64,000 nt of DNA from an uncultured Gammaproteobacteria bacterium (GCA_964519725.1 CAZFKS010000005.1:6024-70023), one strand, 5' to 3'. Counted from the first letter of the stretch, positions 27,808 to 39,124 are shown. Translations and numbers: made by a program. Notes: generated from the sequence alone by a model not told the origin.

Positions 27808-29574
27808 ATGAAAAAATATCTACCCTACTTTAAACTTAGTATTGCCCTGTCGATCGCACTTACTGTCAATCATTTTGCCCCAGAAATTTTGCATCTCCTG
27901 AACCACGGCTCAGAAGGGGCACTGCTTTTGGCTTTCTTTGGCTTTGCGGCGCTAGCTGTCCTTAGTTTTACAGTTTTTCACCTATCACAAAATACGGTTT
28001 TACCACCTTTTGTAGTGGCAATCTTTTTTGGCCTTGCGGCCCAAGACTTATTGGCACCAATTATTGGAAATACAGTGGTCTTAGGTGATATTGTTGCTTT
28101 TGGTGCGACTTTAATTCTTTTTAGTGGCGGATTAGAAACCCCATTCACCAACTTTAAAAAATTATTCTGGAAAATCGCGTCTTTATCTTTCCCTGGTCTT
28201 ATTTTAACTGCCTTTTTATTTGCCTGGACAATTTTATTACTAAACAACTGGTTATCACTGTCAGTTAGTTTACCAGTAGCTGTCCTACTAGGTGCGGTAC
28301 TTGCCTCAACCGATCCGGCCGCCATTATCCCAATTTTAAAAGGTCTTCGGTTTAAAAATCGAGACACCAAGGACATAATCATTTCTGAAAGTGCGCTCAC
28401 TGATGTAACTGGCACTCTACTTACAGTCGCATTTTTAGGCCTCATTACGACGGGCAAAACTTTTAGCACTATTGGAGACTGGTATGGTGCTTTGGCAACG
28501 AGTGGTAGTCTTATTATTCTTGCCAAGCAAATTTTGTTTGGCGTTTTAATGGGTTTAATTGGCTTTGGGCTTTTATATGGACTTTCCAAACTTAAAGAAA
28601 AACACCAGGCTGAATACGAGGCAGACGCTGCTTTCTTTTTGTTCGTACCAATTGTCATTTTTACTTTTGCAGTGCCCTTTGGTGGCAGCGGTTATTTAGC
28701 CGCTTTCGTAGCCGGACTTTTATATGTACTCACTAAACATTTACATGAGACTGAACGTTTTTTCAACCATACCATTGAAGGCTTTTTGAAGCCTACCATT
28801 TTCTTGCTTTTAGGCGCTTTGGTCAACTTAGAAAGTCTGTTTGCCTACGCTTTAATTGGAGTACTTGCGGCCACAGTGTTTATGTTTGTCATTCGTCCGC
28901 TGTCAGTATTTATCAGTTTGACAGGTTTTCGATTCGCAAAAACTGACAGATTAACGATCCGCGAATTACTGTTCATATCATTTGTACGTGAAACAGGTGC
29001 GATCCCGGCAGTACTTTTGGTAACGATTGTTAGTCTTGGTCTGCCCGGTACAGAACCCTTAGTACCAATTGGTATGTGGGTTATCCTTCTTACTTTAATC
29101 ATTGAGCCCCCACTAACTCCTTGGCTGGCAAAAAAATTAGCAGTTGCCTCTCCAATGATGGACACTAGTGACCTCGATTTAGACAATGGCACTGTTCCAT
29201 TTGTAGTTCTAGGCTCTCGCGGTAATTCATATATTGAACGTTTACCCAAAGTTGTTGATTGGGCCGATAATCACCGAATTAATAGAATCGTGCTCCTGCA
29301 TTGTCCAGAAGACAAATATACGACTGAACTAGCCGAAAAGATTAGAGTGGAAGCAAACACAGAGTTTAATAAAATTAATCAATTCAGAAGCCAGAGCGGT
29401 AGATCCGAAATTACTTTTGATTATGTTAGTCGCACTGGTTTCCTACAGACTAATATTGATGAGCTTGCCAGAGAACACCGTGGAGTGACAGCGATTTTTG
29501 TTGGACGCAAAGTGCTTGACTATCGCTTGGAAGAAATTAAGAACCTAGAAGTACCACTTTTCTTCATTGATTAA
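27808..29574 (+). CDS. cation:proton antiporter (Na+/H+ exchanger family) with a C-terminal soluble domain
   Basis: Polytopic N-terminal domain with DPAAIIPILKGL and ISESALTDVTGTLL (PF00999), then a C-terminal cytoplasmic extension of about 180 aa. Confidence 0.8.
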   Translation: MKKYLPYFKLSIALSIALTVNHFAPEILHLLNHGSEGALLLAFFGFAALAVLSFTVFHLSQNTVLPPFVVAIFFGLAAQDLLAPIIGNTVVLGDIVAFGATLILFSGGLETPFTNFKKLFWKIASLSFPGLILTAFLFAWTILLLNNWLSLSVSLPVAVLLGAVLASTDPAAIIPILKGLRFKNRDTKDIIISESALTDVTGTLLTVAFLGLITTGKTFSTIGDWYGALATSGSLIILAKQILFGVLMGLIGFGLLYGLSKLKEKHQAEYEADAAFFLFVPIVIFTFAVPFGGSGYLAAFVAGLLYVLTKHLHETERFFNHTIEGFLKPTIFLLLGALVNLESLFAYALIGVLAATVFMFVIRPLSVFISLTGFRFAKTDRLTIRELLFISFVRETGAIPAVLLVTIVSLGLPGTEPLVPIGMWVILLTLIIEPPLTPWLAKKLAVASPMMDTSDLDLDNGTVPFVVLGSRGNSYIERLPKVVDWADNHRINRIVLLHCPEDKYTTELAEKIRVEANTEFNKINQFRSQSGRSEITFDYVSRTGFLQTNIDELAREHRGVTAIFVGRKVLDYRLEEIKNLEVPLFFID

Positions 29575-29603
29575 ATTAGCCTTACCTGCTAAAGTAGCCC
29601 TCT

Positions 29604-30899
29604 ATGAAGATTGAAAAATTAGTGTTTGGAGGGCAAGGTTTGGCCCGCACTTCAGAAATTAATAAGCACGGCGAAACAGTGAATCGCACGGTTTTTGTGT
29701 GGAACGCACTCCCTGGCGAAGAAGTGGAAGTGGAATATTTGGAAAAGAAAAAAGATACAGCCGAAGCCATTGCTACCAAAATCATCACCCCGTCAGAAGA
29801 CCGCACTGAACCAGTGGAGCCACAATTTTTATCTTCTAGTCCCTGGCAAATGATTAAACCTGCGGCTGAAACACGGTTGAAGCAAGAAGTAGCCGTAGAA
29901 ACTTATGGTCGCAATGGTGGCTTAATTTTGCAGAGTAACCCTCCACCAATTATTTCTGATGAGGCCAATTACTTTGGTTACCGCAATAAAATTGAATTTA
30001 GTTTTGTAGAACATGCGGGTCAAATGTCCCTGGCTTTTTATGGTCGCGGCTCGCGCCAAAAATTTCCGGTCACTGGTTCCCTGCTCGCTGAACCAATTAT
30101 TAATGAGACTGCGCAAAAAATTCTCACCTGGATTAATGAAGTTAAAATTCCAATTCGTAGTCTCAAGGCCCTGATTGTCCGGAGTAATGGCGCGGGCCAA
30201 GCGATTGCGGCCTTATTTATCAAGGACAAACTGGAGTTTGACCACTTCCCTACCACTACTGAAACTTTTTTAGGCTTTCACTTGTATTACTCAACGCACA
30301 AAAGCCCAGCTTCAGTGCCAACTGAATTGCTCTACTCAACTGGCCAGGATTATTTAATCGCTGACCTGCTCGGCACAAAATTAAAATTCGGCCTACTTAG
30401 TTTTTTCCAAATTAATATTCCAGTTTTCACCACGGCGCTCAAAGATATTGCGGCATTTATTGGTCCAAAAGACACCGTAATTGATTTTTACTCAGGCGTA
30501 GGCGCCATTTCCCTGCCCCTGGCCAAAAATCGCGCGCGGACAATTATGGTAGAAAGTAATGCTGAGGCCGTGGATTATGCCAAAGAAAATATCACACTCA
30601 ACCATATTTCTGGGGCCGAAGCGCACTGCGTCCCAGCCGAAAAAATAATTGAATTAATTGATTCAAACAGCACGGTAATTGTTGACCCACCACGCGCTGG
30701 CCTCCATGAAAAAGTCACCTTGCAACTTTTGGCCAAAAAACCGCCGCGCATTGTGTATTTGTCCTGCGACCTATCTACTCAAGCACGCGATATTCAGCGT
30801 TTGTCTGAAAGTTACAAACCAGTGTTTATGAAGCTCTATAACTTTTTCCCGCGCACGCCACATATTGAAGGTTTGGTGGTTTTGGAGCGGATCAATTAA
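29604..30899 (+). CDS. 23S rRNA (uracil-5)-methyltransferase RlmD/RumA-like (TRAM + SAM MTase)
   Basis: N-terminal TRAM (VFGGQGLARTSE...VFVWNALPGEEVEV) and C-terminal MTase motifs (VIDFYSGVGAISL, VDPPRAGL, LSCDLSTQARD). Confidence 0.8.
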   Translation: MKIEKLVFGGQGLARTSEINKHGETVNRTVFVWNALPGEEVEVEYLEKKKDTAEAIATKIITPSEDRTEPVEPQFLSSSPWQMIKPAAETRLKQEVAVETYGRNGGLILQSNPPPIISDEANYFGYRNKIEFSFVEHAGQMSLAFYGRGSRQKFPVTGSLLAEPIINETAQKILTWINEVKIPIRSLKALIVRSNGAGQAIAALFIKDKLEFDHFPTTTETFLGFHLYYSTHKSPASVPTELLYSTGQDYLIADLLGTKLKFGLLSFFQINIPVFTTALKDIAAFIGPKDTVIDFYSGVGAISLPLAKNRARTIMVESNAEAVDYAKENITLNHISGAEAHCVPAEKIIELIDSNSTVIVDPPRAGLHEKVTLQLLAKKPPRIVYLSCDLSTQARDIQRLSESYKPVFMKLYNFFPRTPHIEGLVVLERIN

Positions 30900-30954
30900 A
30901 CTAGCCAAAACCCAATGTTTTCAGTATAATTAATCTATCTAATTAACAAAAAAT

Positions 30955-31599
30955 ATGGATCAAAAACGCATACTTACTTGGGGAGGTTTTATTCTAGGAA
31001 TGGTGGCTTTACTGTTCCTCTTGGCTAAATTAGGTTCTGGCACACCAAGCGGTGGCCAAGTTGGCGCCCCACTCAAAAATGGCGTTATGGAGACTGAGTG
31101 GTCAAAAGGTTCAGCTACTGCCCCACATACTATTGTTGAATACAGTGATTTCCAATGCCCAAGTTGCGCTGGTTATTACCCGCTTCTCAAACAATTAGCC
31201 ACTGAACACCCAAATGATGTCCGCGTAGTCTACCGTCATTTCCCACTGGAACAAATTCACAAAAACGCTCGGGCAGCAGCGCGCGCGGCTGAAGCCGCTG
31301 GTCGCCAAGGTAAATTCTTTGAAATGCACGACGCGCTCTTTAACACCCAAACTACTTGGGAAGACGATGCTGCCCCAAACATTTTCTTTGAAGATTTAGC
31401 TGGTTCGCTCGGCCTTGATACCACCAAATTTAAAGCTGATTTAGCTGACAGTAGTATTGATAATCAAATTAATGCTGGCTTATCTAGCGGCCAAGCGTCT
31501 GGTGTGAACTCAACCCCATCATTATTCCTGGACGGCAAATTAATTAGTAATCCTGGCACATATGAAGAATTGGTTAGCTTGGTTACTGCGCAAAAATAA
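30955..31599 (+). CDS. DsbA-like thiol-disulfide oxidoreductase (membrane-anchored)
   Basis: TM anchor then a thioredoxin fold with a CPSC active site (IVEYSDFQCPSCAGYYP). Confidence 0.8.
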   Translation: MDQKRILTWGGFILGMVALLFLLAKLGSGTPSGGQVGAPLKNGVMETEWSKGSATAPHTIVEYSDFQCPSCAGYYPLLKQLATEHPNDVRVVYRHFPLEQIHKNARAAARAAEAAGRQGKFFEMHDALFNTQTTWEDDAAPNIFFEDLAGSLGLDTTKFKADLADSSIDNQINAGLSSGQASGVNSTPSLFLDGKLISNPGTYEELVSLVTAQK

Positions 31600-32020
31600 T
31601 TTTCCGCGAGGCCTTGTAATTACTGGATTTATTGTTGCCTTACTTGGTTTTGCTGATTCTAGTTACTTAGCGTTTGAAAAATTAAGTGGCCGTATTCCAC
31701 CGTGCGTAATTACCTCTGGTTGTGATACAGTGACCACTAGTAAATACTCATATATCGGTCCAGTTCCAATTGCAGTTTTGGGCGCACTGTATTACTTAAC
31801 AATGGTTGTATTATTCTTACTCGCGATTGATACCAAAGATGACAAGTGGGCCGCCGCCGCCTTTAAATTAAGTATTTTTGGTTTCTTGTTTAGTATTTAC
31901 TTAGTGTCTTTGCAAGCGTTTGTGCTGCATGCGTACTGTGTATACTGCATGGGTTCAGCACTGACGTCTACCACTTTGTTTGGCTTGGCGGCGTACGCTA
32001 AAACCAAAAAATATTTCTAG
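31562..32020 (+). CDS. vitamin K epoxide reductase (VKOR) family protein
   Basis: Four or five TM helices, a loop Cys pair (PPCVITSGC) and a CVYC active site. Overlaps the dsbA-like stop by 38 nt. Confidence 0.7.
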   Translation: MKNWLAWLLRKNNFPRGLVITGFIVALLGFADSSYLAFEKLSGRIPPCVITSGCDTVTTSKYSYIGPVPIAVLGALYYLTMVVLFLLAIDTKDDKWAAAAFKLSIFGFLFSIYLVSLQAFVLHAYCVYCMGSALTSTTLFGLAAYAKTKKYF

Positions 32021-32021
32021 T

Positions 32022-32960
32022 ATGATTCTGGTGTCTGGTTCAATGGCTTATGATTACATCATGGCCTTTCCTGATCAATTTAAAAACCACATTTTACCTG
32101 AGCAAATTCACATTTTAAATGTGTCATTTGTGGTTGATAAAATGCAAAAAAATCTGGGTGGAACAGCGGGCAATATTGCGTACACCCTGAAATTGCTTGG
32201 CGCAGATCCACTACTCTTTGCCCCACTCGGAACTGATCACCACGAATATTCAGCGCATTTAAAACAGCACAATATTTCCGCCAAATACGCCCCAATTTCA
32301 AATGACACCATGATGGCCGCGGCCTATGTGACCACTGACAAAGACAACAATCAAATCACAGCCTTTTACAATGGTGCGTGCGCTGAAGCGACTGATTTAA
32401 AGGTGCAATTTGTGGCCGAACCAATTGAGCTGGCAATTATTTCACCAACCAAAAAAGAAGCCATGATTGCGCATGCCAAAGAGTGTTATGATCGCAATAT
32501 TCCGTTTGTGTTTGATCCTAGTCACCAGTTAACCGCCTTTGATAATCGCGAATTAGCCATGCTAATTGGACAGTCAGATTTTTACATTGCCAATGATTAT
32601 GAAATGAAATTGACTGAAGAAAAAACTGGTTGGGATTTGCTTGAATTATTAAATCACACCAAAACAGTAATTTTAACGCGTGGTCACGAAGGTTCAACGA
32701 TTATTACCAAAGACGAGCGAATTGAAATTCCAGTTTGCCCGCCAGTGTCGGTTGAAGATCCAACTGGGGCGGGTGATGCGTACCGGGCCGGCTTTTTTGC
32801 GGCTTACACCCGCGGCGCTAAATTAGAAACCTGCGGACGCGCTGGAGCTGTGGCCGCGACCTATGCGATTGAACATTATGGCACGCAAAAACATTATTTT
32901 ACTCTTGAGGATTTTAAAAAACGGTATCAAGATACATTTAGTGAAAATTTAACTTGGTAA
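32022..32960 (+). CDS. PfkB-family carbohydrate/nucleoside kinase (adenosine-kinase-like)
   Basis: GG motif region and [14 protein letters not shown] anion hole. Start at MILVSGS. Confidence 0.8.
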   Translation: MILVSGSMAYDYIMAFPDQFKNHILPEQIHILNVSFVVDKMQKNLGGTAGNIAYTLKLLGADPLLFAPLGTDHHEYSAHLKQHNISAKYAPISNDTMMAAAYVTTDKDNNQITAFYNGACAEATDLKVQFVAEPIELAIISPTKKEAMIAHAKECYDRNIPFVFDPSHQLTAFDNRELAMLIGQSDFYIANDYEMKLTEEKTGWDLLELLNHTKTVILTRGHEGSTIITKDERIEIPVCPPVSVEDPTGAGDAYRAGFFAAYTRGAKLETCGRAGAVAATYAIEHYGTQKHYFTLEDFKKRYQDTFSENLTW

Positions 32961-32968
32961 TAAATTTT

Positions 32969-34381
32969 ATGAAATTCACTGACTACAAAGTAGCTGACCT
33001 TAAACTAGCCGACTGGGGCCGCAAAGAAATTACTATCGCTGAGCAGGAAATGCCTGGGCTCATGGCCATCCGGGAAAAATACGCGCCAAAAAAACCGCTG
33101 AGGGGTGTGAACATTACTGGCTCACTTCACATGACCATTCAAACTGCGGTTCTGATTGAAACCCTCAAAGCTCTAGGTGCTAATGTGCGCTGGGCTAGTT
33201 GTAATATTTTTTCCACCCAAGACCAAGCCGCCGCCGCCATTGCTGCCGCGGGAATTCCAGTGTTTGCTTGGAAAGGTGAAACGCTCGCTGAATACTGGTG
33301 GTGCACAGAAAAGGCACTTAACTTTGGTAATGGTCGCGGTCCAGATTTAATTGTTGATGATGGTAGTGACGCCACCCTTCTTATTCACAAAGGTGTCGAA
33401 GTGGAAATGAATCCAGGTTTACTGACTAAAAATTACAAAACCGAGGGGGCTGATTTCCAAGAACTGATGAAGCTTTTGCAAGCTGAATATAAAAAGAATC
33501 CTAAGCGCTGGCAAACTGTGGCTAACACGGTACGCGGTGTGTCAGAAGAAACGACCACTGGTGTGCATCGCCTAGAACAAATGGTACGCGACCACAAACT
33601 TTTATTCCCAGCCATTAATGTTAATGACTCGGTTACCAAAAGTAAGTTTGATAATGTTTATGGTTGCCGTCACTCAATTATTGATGGCTTAAACCGCGCC
33701 ATGGATGTAATGTTGGCTGGTAAAGTGGCCGTGGTTTGCGGTTATGGTGATGTTGGTAAAGGTTGCGCCCAAGCGCTCCAAGGCCAAGGCGCACGCGTGA
33801 TTGTGACTGAAGTTGATCCCATTTGTGCACTCCAAGCGGCCATGGAAGGTTTTGAAGTGACCACGGTAGAAAACACTTTGGGCCGCGCTGATATTTATGT
33901 CACGGCCACTGGCAATATTGATGTAATCACTGTTGAACACATGAAGAAAATGAAACCAGAAGCAATTGTGTGCAACATTGGTCACTTTGACAATGAAATT
34001 CAAGTGGAAAAACTAAATAAAACTGCCGGAGTCAAAAGAGTAAACATTAAACCACAAGTTGATAAATACATTTTTGGCAAAAAAGCCATGTATTTACTGG
34101 CTGAGGGCCGGCTTATGAATTTGGGTTGTGCCACTGGTCACCCAAGTTTTGTGATGAGTAATTCATTTAGTAATCAAGTGCTGGCGCAATTAGATTTGTG
34201 GAAACACAAAGATGAATACGAACCAAAAGTGTACTTGCTACCAAAAGAATTAGACGAAGAAGTGGCCCGTTTACACCTAGCCAAAATCGGGGTCAAGCTC
34301 ACTAAGCTTAGCAAAGACCAGGCTAAATACATTGGCGTGAGCGACACCGGACCATTTAAAAATGAAACATACCGATACTAA
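32969..34381 (+). CDS. ahcY: adenosylhomocysteinase
   Basis: [28 protein letters not shown] and an NAD-binding [10 protein letters not shown]. 471 aa. Confidence 0.95.
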   Translation: MKFTDYKVADLKLADWGRKEITIAEQEMPGLMAIREKYAPKKPLRGVNITGSLHMTIQTAVLIETLKALGANVRWASCNIFSTQDQAAAAIAAAGIPVFAWKGETLAEYWWCTEKALNFGNGRGPDLIVDDGSDATLLIHKGVEVEMNPGLLTKNYKTEGADFQELMKLLQAEYKKNPKRWQTVANTVRGVSEETTTGVHRLEQMVRDHKLLFPAINVNDSVTKSKFDNVYGCRHSIIDGLNRAMDVMLAGKVAVVCGYGDVGKGCAQALQGQGARVIVTEVDPICALQAAMEGFEVTTVENTLGRADIYVTATGNIDVITVEHMKKMKPEAIVCNIGHFDNEIQVEKLNKTAGVKRVNIKPQVDKYIFGKKAMYLLAEGRLMNLGCATGHPSFVMSNSFSNQVLAQLDLWKHKDEYEPKVYLLPKELDEEVARLHLAKIGVKLTKLSKDQAKYIGVSDTGPFKNETYRY

Positions 34382-34382
34382 G

Positions 34383-34407
34383 AAAAATCCCCTAACGGGG
34401 ATTTTTT
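34383..34407. terminator. bidirectional intrinsic terminator
   Basis: atcccc-taac-ggggat followed by T5. Confidence 0.6.
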
Positions 34408-35890
34408 AACGCATTGCTACAGCTGGAGCGGTTGAAGTTTGATATTCAGCCAAGAGGGTTTGCAAAGCTTGAAGATTTTTATGGTATTCTTTGTCACCCT
34501 TAACCACAAACTCATTCCATTTTTCCGAACCACTTCCCAACAGCATTCCTTTTTCACCCTCCACCGTGGAAACCTCCAAAGCCACTTTTCTTTTCTCTGC
34601 CCAACCCTGCAAGTTAATGGCTAATTCGACGAGATGTTTTTCCATTTGGGCACCTGGCTGTGTTTCAGCTAGGGTTCCGTACCATGTTTCAATTGCTTGA
34701 GTCCGTTTTTCAATATGAAAATTTTGCCGGCTGAACAATGACGGAACATCATCATTATACGCGCCCTTAACACCCTCTAGTTCAAATTCACGTTGGTTGG
34801 CAATCGCATCTTTTATGCGCTCATCATATGCCCGAACCGCGAGTTCTGATTTCAAAAAATCAACTAGAGCTTGTCGCAATTTCGTTTGAATATTTTTAGG
34901 CGCTTTTTCTATTTGTGGAATGGCATGTTTAGCCAATTCAACCGCTGAATTCACTTGTTTAGTGTAGAAATCTTCGTGATTTTTTAGTGGTAAGTAATTT
35001 TCGCTAGTATAAAAAATACTACTGGTACCGTAGCCACTGCCCATGACCGGAGGCTGAACGTAAATTGATTCCTGAAAAATTCCTCGCATGGTCTGTAATT
35101 CAGTCTCTGGTATGGCTAGCAAATTAGCCAGTTCAGGTGCAAATTTTTCGGAAAATTTTATACTCCGGTCAATTTGATGGCCAAATTTTAAATATACACC
35201 CAAAAGTCCAGGGCCTGATTCTTCGACTGACAAACCAAGGCCTTTTTTCGGGTGCTCTGAAACATAACGTTTAAACTGTTTAAAAAGATAAGATGTATCA
35301 GGCACCTCAACACTTTCTGGCATGATCAAAAAAGAATCTGGCACTGGGGGTGGTGAAAATTCATCAGCTGATTTAAGTAACTCGGCGGTGGCGTTCTTGG
35401 CCTCTTCAAACTGCTGATATTCCTGTCCCACTTTGGCTGCGCCCAAGACTCCGAGACCAACCAAGGGCCCAGCCATAAAACGGCGAAATTTTTCCATTCG
35501 GGTCGCAATTTCTTTTCGAAAAACTTTAAATTCAGCTAGCAGACCCTCTAGTTTTTGCACGGCTTCAGGCGATTTTTTACCAAGCCATTCATCGCGCAAA
35601 GTCTTAATTTCCGCAATTAAAGTATCAATTTCAACCCGAGCCAAATTTTTATCAATGTGCCCTTCAGCCAAATTCTTTTTAATGTCAGCCAAATGACCAA
35701 CAAACTTTTCCCAAATTGCCTGAGCCTGGGTTTCAGGGGCTTTGAGCGCAGCTTCTACTATCTCATTGACCTCCGGCAAAGTTTGGTACAATTCGGGTGT
35801 TTCCTGTTCCGTATCCTCCTCAGCCTGAGGTTCAAATTCAGCGACAAAATGTGATGATTCGGCTTCAGTGCCGGCACTAAGTCTACCCAT
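34406..35890 (-). CDS. hypothetical acidic coiled-coil protein (494 aa from MGRLSAG)
   Basis: Long ORF with host-like codon usage, an acidic N-terminus and predicted coiled-coils. No recognised domain. Divergent from the ABC permease array. Confidence 0.55.
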   Translation of the reverse strand: MGRLSAGTEAESSHFVAEFEPQAEEDTEQETPELYQTLPEVNEIVEAALKAPETQAQAIWEKFVGHLADIKKNLAEGHIDKNLARVEIDTLIAEIKTLRDEWLGKKSPEAVQKLEGLLAEFKVFRKEIATRMEKFRRFMAGPLVGLGVLGAAKVGQEYQQFEEAKNATAELLKSADEFSPPPVPDSFLIMPESVEVPDTSYLFKQFKRYVSEHPKKGLGLSVEESGPGLLGVYLKFGHQIDRSIKFSEKFAPELANLLAIPETELQTMRGIFQESIYVQPPVMGSGYGTSSIFYTSENYLPLKNHEDFYTKQVNSAVELAKHAIPQIEKAPKNIQTKLRQALVDFLKSELAVRAYDERIKDAIANQREFELEGVKGAYNDDVPSLFSRQNFHIEKRTQAIETWYGTLAETQPGAQMEKHLVELAINLQGWAEKRKVALEVSTVEGEKGMLLGSGSEKWNEFVVKGDKEYHKNLQALQTLLAEYQTSTAPAVAMR

Positions 35891-35969
35891 AAAATATAAT
35901 AATACCTTAAGGGTAAATGGTAATTGCCAAAAAGTCAAAAAACACCTAGAATTAAAGGTAATTTCTCAC

Positions 35970-36761
35970 ATGAGCAAGTATCTACGGGCGTACAAAAATT
36001 CAGTTTCAGCTTTTTTACAGTACCGATTAAACTTGGTGCTATATTCAGTTGGCCATGCCATTAGTTTGTCTGGTCTATTTTTTCTGTGGTTGACTATTTA
36101 CCAGACTGGCGGGCAAGTTGGGTCATACAGTTTTACTGAGATTATCACCTATTACATACTAATTTCTTTTTTGCGTTTAACGATTAACGATGCCGTGGGC
36201 GCGAGTTTTGACATGATTGATGACATTCGTGAGGGCCGAATTACGGCATTTTTGATTAAACCCTACAGTTATCTAGCTTCAATGCTCGCCAATATTTTAG
36301 GACGCACCACGGTTAACTTTACCTTTGTTTTACCGGTTACTTTTGTCTTTATTTGGATTTTTAATTTTTTCAGTGTTTTACCAAACACCCAACACGCGCT
36401 GTGGTTTGTGCTTTTCCTAGGAATCGCCCTGTTCATGTACTTTTTGCTGTACGCTCTAGTCGCCCTGTGTGCATTTTGGGTTGAACAAGGACACAACTAT
36501 GTTTATGCCCTCATTGTGTTTAGTAACTTTTTAAACGGTTCACTCTTGCCGCTGGATATTTTTCCGGCTTGGTTTCAAAATCTGAGTAATTACGGGCCAT
36601 TTCAATTTCTCATGTATGTTCCGATTCAAGTTTTTTTAGAAAAACCATTAGATTATAGTAATTTAATAATTAAAGCGGGCATCTGGCTGATAATTTTATC
36701 GATCACGTTAATTGGCATATTTCGAGTGGGCGTCAAAAAATACGAAGGCACTGGCATATGA
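35970..36761 (+). CDS. ABC-2 family permease, type A (copy 1)
   Basis: Six TM helices with a conserved YxxGGxVGSYSFTEIITYYILISF ... DIREGRITAFLIKPYS pattern. Start at MSKYLRAY. Confidence 0.75.
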   Translation: MSKYLRAYKNSVSAFLQYRLNLVLYSVGHAISLSGLFFLWLTIYQTGGQVGSYSFTEIITYYILISFLRLTINDAVGASFDMIDDIREGRITAFLIKPYSYLASMLANILGRTTVNFTFVLPVTFVFIWIFNFFSVLPNTQHALWFVLFLGIALFMYFLLYALVALCAFWVEQGHNYVYALIVFSNFLNGSLLPLDIFPAWFQNLSNYGPFQFLMYVPIQVFLEKPLDYSNLIIKAGIWLIILSITLIGIFRVGVKKYEGTGI

Positions 36762-37543
36762 AATACCTTCGGATTTACTGGGTTTTACTTAAAACCAACC
36801 TGATTAATACCATGACTTACCGGTCAAATTTTTTCGCTGGTGCAATTATTACCGGATTTGAAACTGTGATTTCATTCTACGCAATTAAAATTTTATTCAC
36901 GCACATCAGTGGCATTGCGGGTTGGTCATACACCGACATGATGGTTTTAACTGGAATTGGTTTTCTAGCGAATAGTATTAGTTGGTTTACTTTCAGAGCC
37001 GGTGTTGAAAAATTAGATCATTTAATTAACAAGGGAGATTTTGATTTCATGCTCCTTAGACCAATTAGCGCTCGCTTTTTAGTAAGTGTATATCGGCTTG
37101 ACGTCGAAGATGCGGCTCGCGGCTTAGTTGGAATTAGTATTTTACTTCGCGGATTATCTTTGGGTGATTATCACATTGGTTTTTTCAATATTTTGCTTTT
37201 TTTGATCGCCTTTTTAGCGGGTGAAATTATTTTATACTGCATTCAAATTAGCCTCAAAACCATGAGCTTCAAAACTATTCAGGGTTGGGCCAGTAACAAT
37301 ACTTTTTTCCGAATCCAAGAAATCAGCCAATACCCCGTGGATATTTACCGCGGCCTAACCAAAATGATCTACACGTTCGTTATTCCAGTCTTGTTTATTG
37401 CCACAGTTCCAGCTAAGATTTTACTAGGTAAAGGCAGTTTGTGGCTGGCTTTAGGCGCAGTAGTGGCCGCGGCCACAGCCTTATTAGTTTCTCAGTTAAT
37501 TTGGCGCATGGCCGTTAAAAGCTATTCCAGCGCTTCCAGCTAA
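36758..37543 (+). CDS. ABC-2 family permease, type B (copy 1)
   Basis: IAGWSYTDMMVL ... LDHLINKGDFDFMLLRPIS. ATGA start/stop overlap with the upstream gene. Confidence 0.75.
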   Translation: MKYLRIYWVLLKTNLINTMTYRSNFFAGAIITGFETVISFYAIKILFTHISGIAGWSYTDMMVLTGIGFLANSISWFTFRAGVEKLDHLINKGDFDFMLLRPISARFLVSVYRLDVEDAARGLVGISILLRGLSLGDYHIGFFNILLFLIAFLAGEIILYCIQISLKTMSFKTIQGWASNNTFFRIQEISQYPVDIYRGLTKMIYTFVIPVLFIATVPAKILLGKGSLWLALGAVVAAATALLVSQLIWRMAVKSYSSASS

Positions 37544-37544
37544 T

Positions 37545-38339
37545 ATGCAAAAATACTGGCAATTACTTGGCATGTTTATTACCCGGTACCTTAGTTACCG
37601 AGCGCGGGTAGTGATTCACGCGATTACTGATTCGACTCAGTATTTACTCTTTCCATTTTTGTGGATGGCAATTTTTGCCAATTCCAGGCCGCCCGGTGGA
37701 TTTACGATTAATAGTTTAGTGACCTATTACATTGTCATGGCCATTGTGACCGCTGGTTTTACCGCTCACCCCTCAAGGCATGTGCGCAACGAACTCCACG
37801 ATGGGAGTGTAAATCGGTTTTTAATTTCACCCCTGCCGTTTTTTAACAAAATGCTCATGGCCGAGATTTCGTACAAATGTATTTCTTCAATTTTGGCCGC
37901 GATTACCTTGATTACCCTATTCATTTTTGCGCGTGAAAGTGTAGTTTTTCCTGATTCAATCGTGCGTTGGGGTTTGTTTTTAATCAGTCTGATTTTTACT
38001 TTTTCTATTTCTTTTTTAATCGAGTATATTTTAGGCCTTGGTTCAATGTGGATTGGGGATATTCACTCAATTCAAACTTGGGAAGAAATTATGAATGCGA
38101 TTTTTTCTGGCCGGCTCGCCCCACTCGCGTTTTTGCCCTTATTTTTGCAGCACGGCGCAGCCTACTTGCCATTTCAATACATTGCGTTTGTGCCAGCGCA
38201 AATTTTTCTGGGCCGGATTTCCACTACTGAAACCTGGGTCGCATTTAGCCACGCCCTGGTTTGGGTGGCGATTTTAGGTACGATTGTTTATGTCATGTGG
38301 CGCCGCGGTTTATACCGTTATGATGGCTCAAGTATATGA
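37545..38339 (+). CDS. ABC-2 family permease, type A (copy 2)
   Basis: GGFTINSLVTYYIVMAIV ... ELHDGSVNRFLISPLP, paralogous to copy 1A. Confidence 0.75.
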   Translation: MQKYWQLLGMFITRYLSYRARVVIHAITDSTQYLLFPFLWMAIFANSRPPGGFTINSLVTYYIVMAIVTAGFTAHPSRHVRNELHDGSVNRFLISPLPFFNKMLMAEISYKCISSILAAITLITLFIFARESVVFPDSIVRWGLFLISLIFTFSISFLIEYILGLGSMWIGDIHSIQTWEEIMNAIFSGRLAPLAFLPLFLQHGAAYLPFQYIAFVPAQIFLGRISTTETWVAFSHALVWVAILGTIVYVMWRRGLYRYDGSSI

Positions 38340-39124
38340 GAAAATATTTACACATTTATAAAATTTTAATTGCCAATGCGATTTCACGCGAGGCTCAATT
38401 TCGTGCTGACACCTGGATGAACTGGTTTACCCACTTAGGTTTCATGGGCTTTTTGGTTCTACTCTTTGAGGTATTTTTTCAATTCACTAATTCAATTGCT
38501 GGCTGGTCAAAACCCGAGGTTTTCCTACTCATTATTATTTTTACAATTTCCCAACAATTATTTCACTTTTTCTTTCGCAATAATTTGTGGGATTTACCGA
38601 ATAAAATTACGGACGGGAAACTCGACGTGTATTTAACTTCGCCAGTTAATATTATTTTCTTAGTTTGTGCGCGTGAAGTTACAACCAAGGCCCTTCTCCG
38701 AATTTTCACTCAATTTATTTTACTCGGCTGGCTCCTGACTCATTATAATTTGGTTCTTTCGGCTTGGTCCTGGCTCAGTATTGTAGTGTTATTATTTGTC
38801 GGACTCATTACCCAAGTCGCCTTTGCTTTAATCATCAATACTTTTAGTTTCTGGTTTTTACGGATTGATAATGTGAATGACGCTTGGTTTTACGTGGGTC
38901 AAATGGGCCGTTACCCGCTTTCAGTTTTACCACAAACATTGTCACTCATTGCGTTTACCGCAGTGCCAATTGCTTACCAAAGTTTTGTACCAGTTGGTTT
39001 TGGCCTTGGTAAATTGGGCTGGCTATTCTTTTTTGGTGCGCTTGGCTGGGCCACTTTCTTGAGCCTGGTGGCGATTAGCTTCTGGAATTTTGGCTTAAAA
39101 CATTATGAAAGTGCGTCAGTATGA
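38336..39124 (+). CDS. ABC-2 family permease, type B (copy 2)
   Basis: IAGWSKPEVFLL ... KITDGKLDVYLTSPVN. Overlapping start/stop. Confidence 0.75.
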   Translation: MRKYLHIYKILIANAISREAQFRADTWMNWFTHLGFMGFLVLLFEVFFQFTNSIAGWSKPEVFLLIIIFTISQQLFHFFFRNNLWDLPNKITDGKLDVYLTSPVNIIFLVCAREVTTKALLRIFTQFILLGWLLTHYNLVLSAWSWLSIVVLLFVGLITQVAFALIINTFSFWFLRIDNVNDAWFYVGQMGRYPLSVLPQTLSLIAFTAVPIAYQSFVPVGFGLGKLGWLFFFGALGWATFLSLVAISFWNFGLKHYESASV

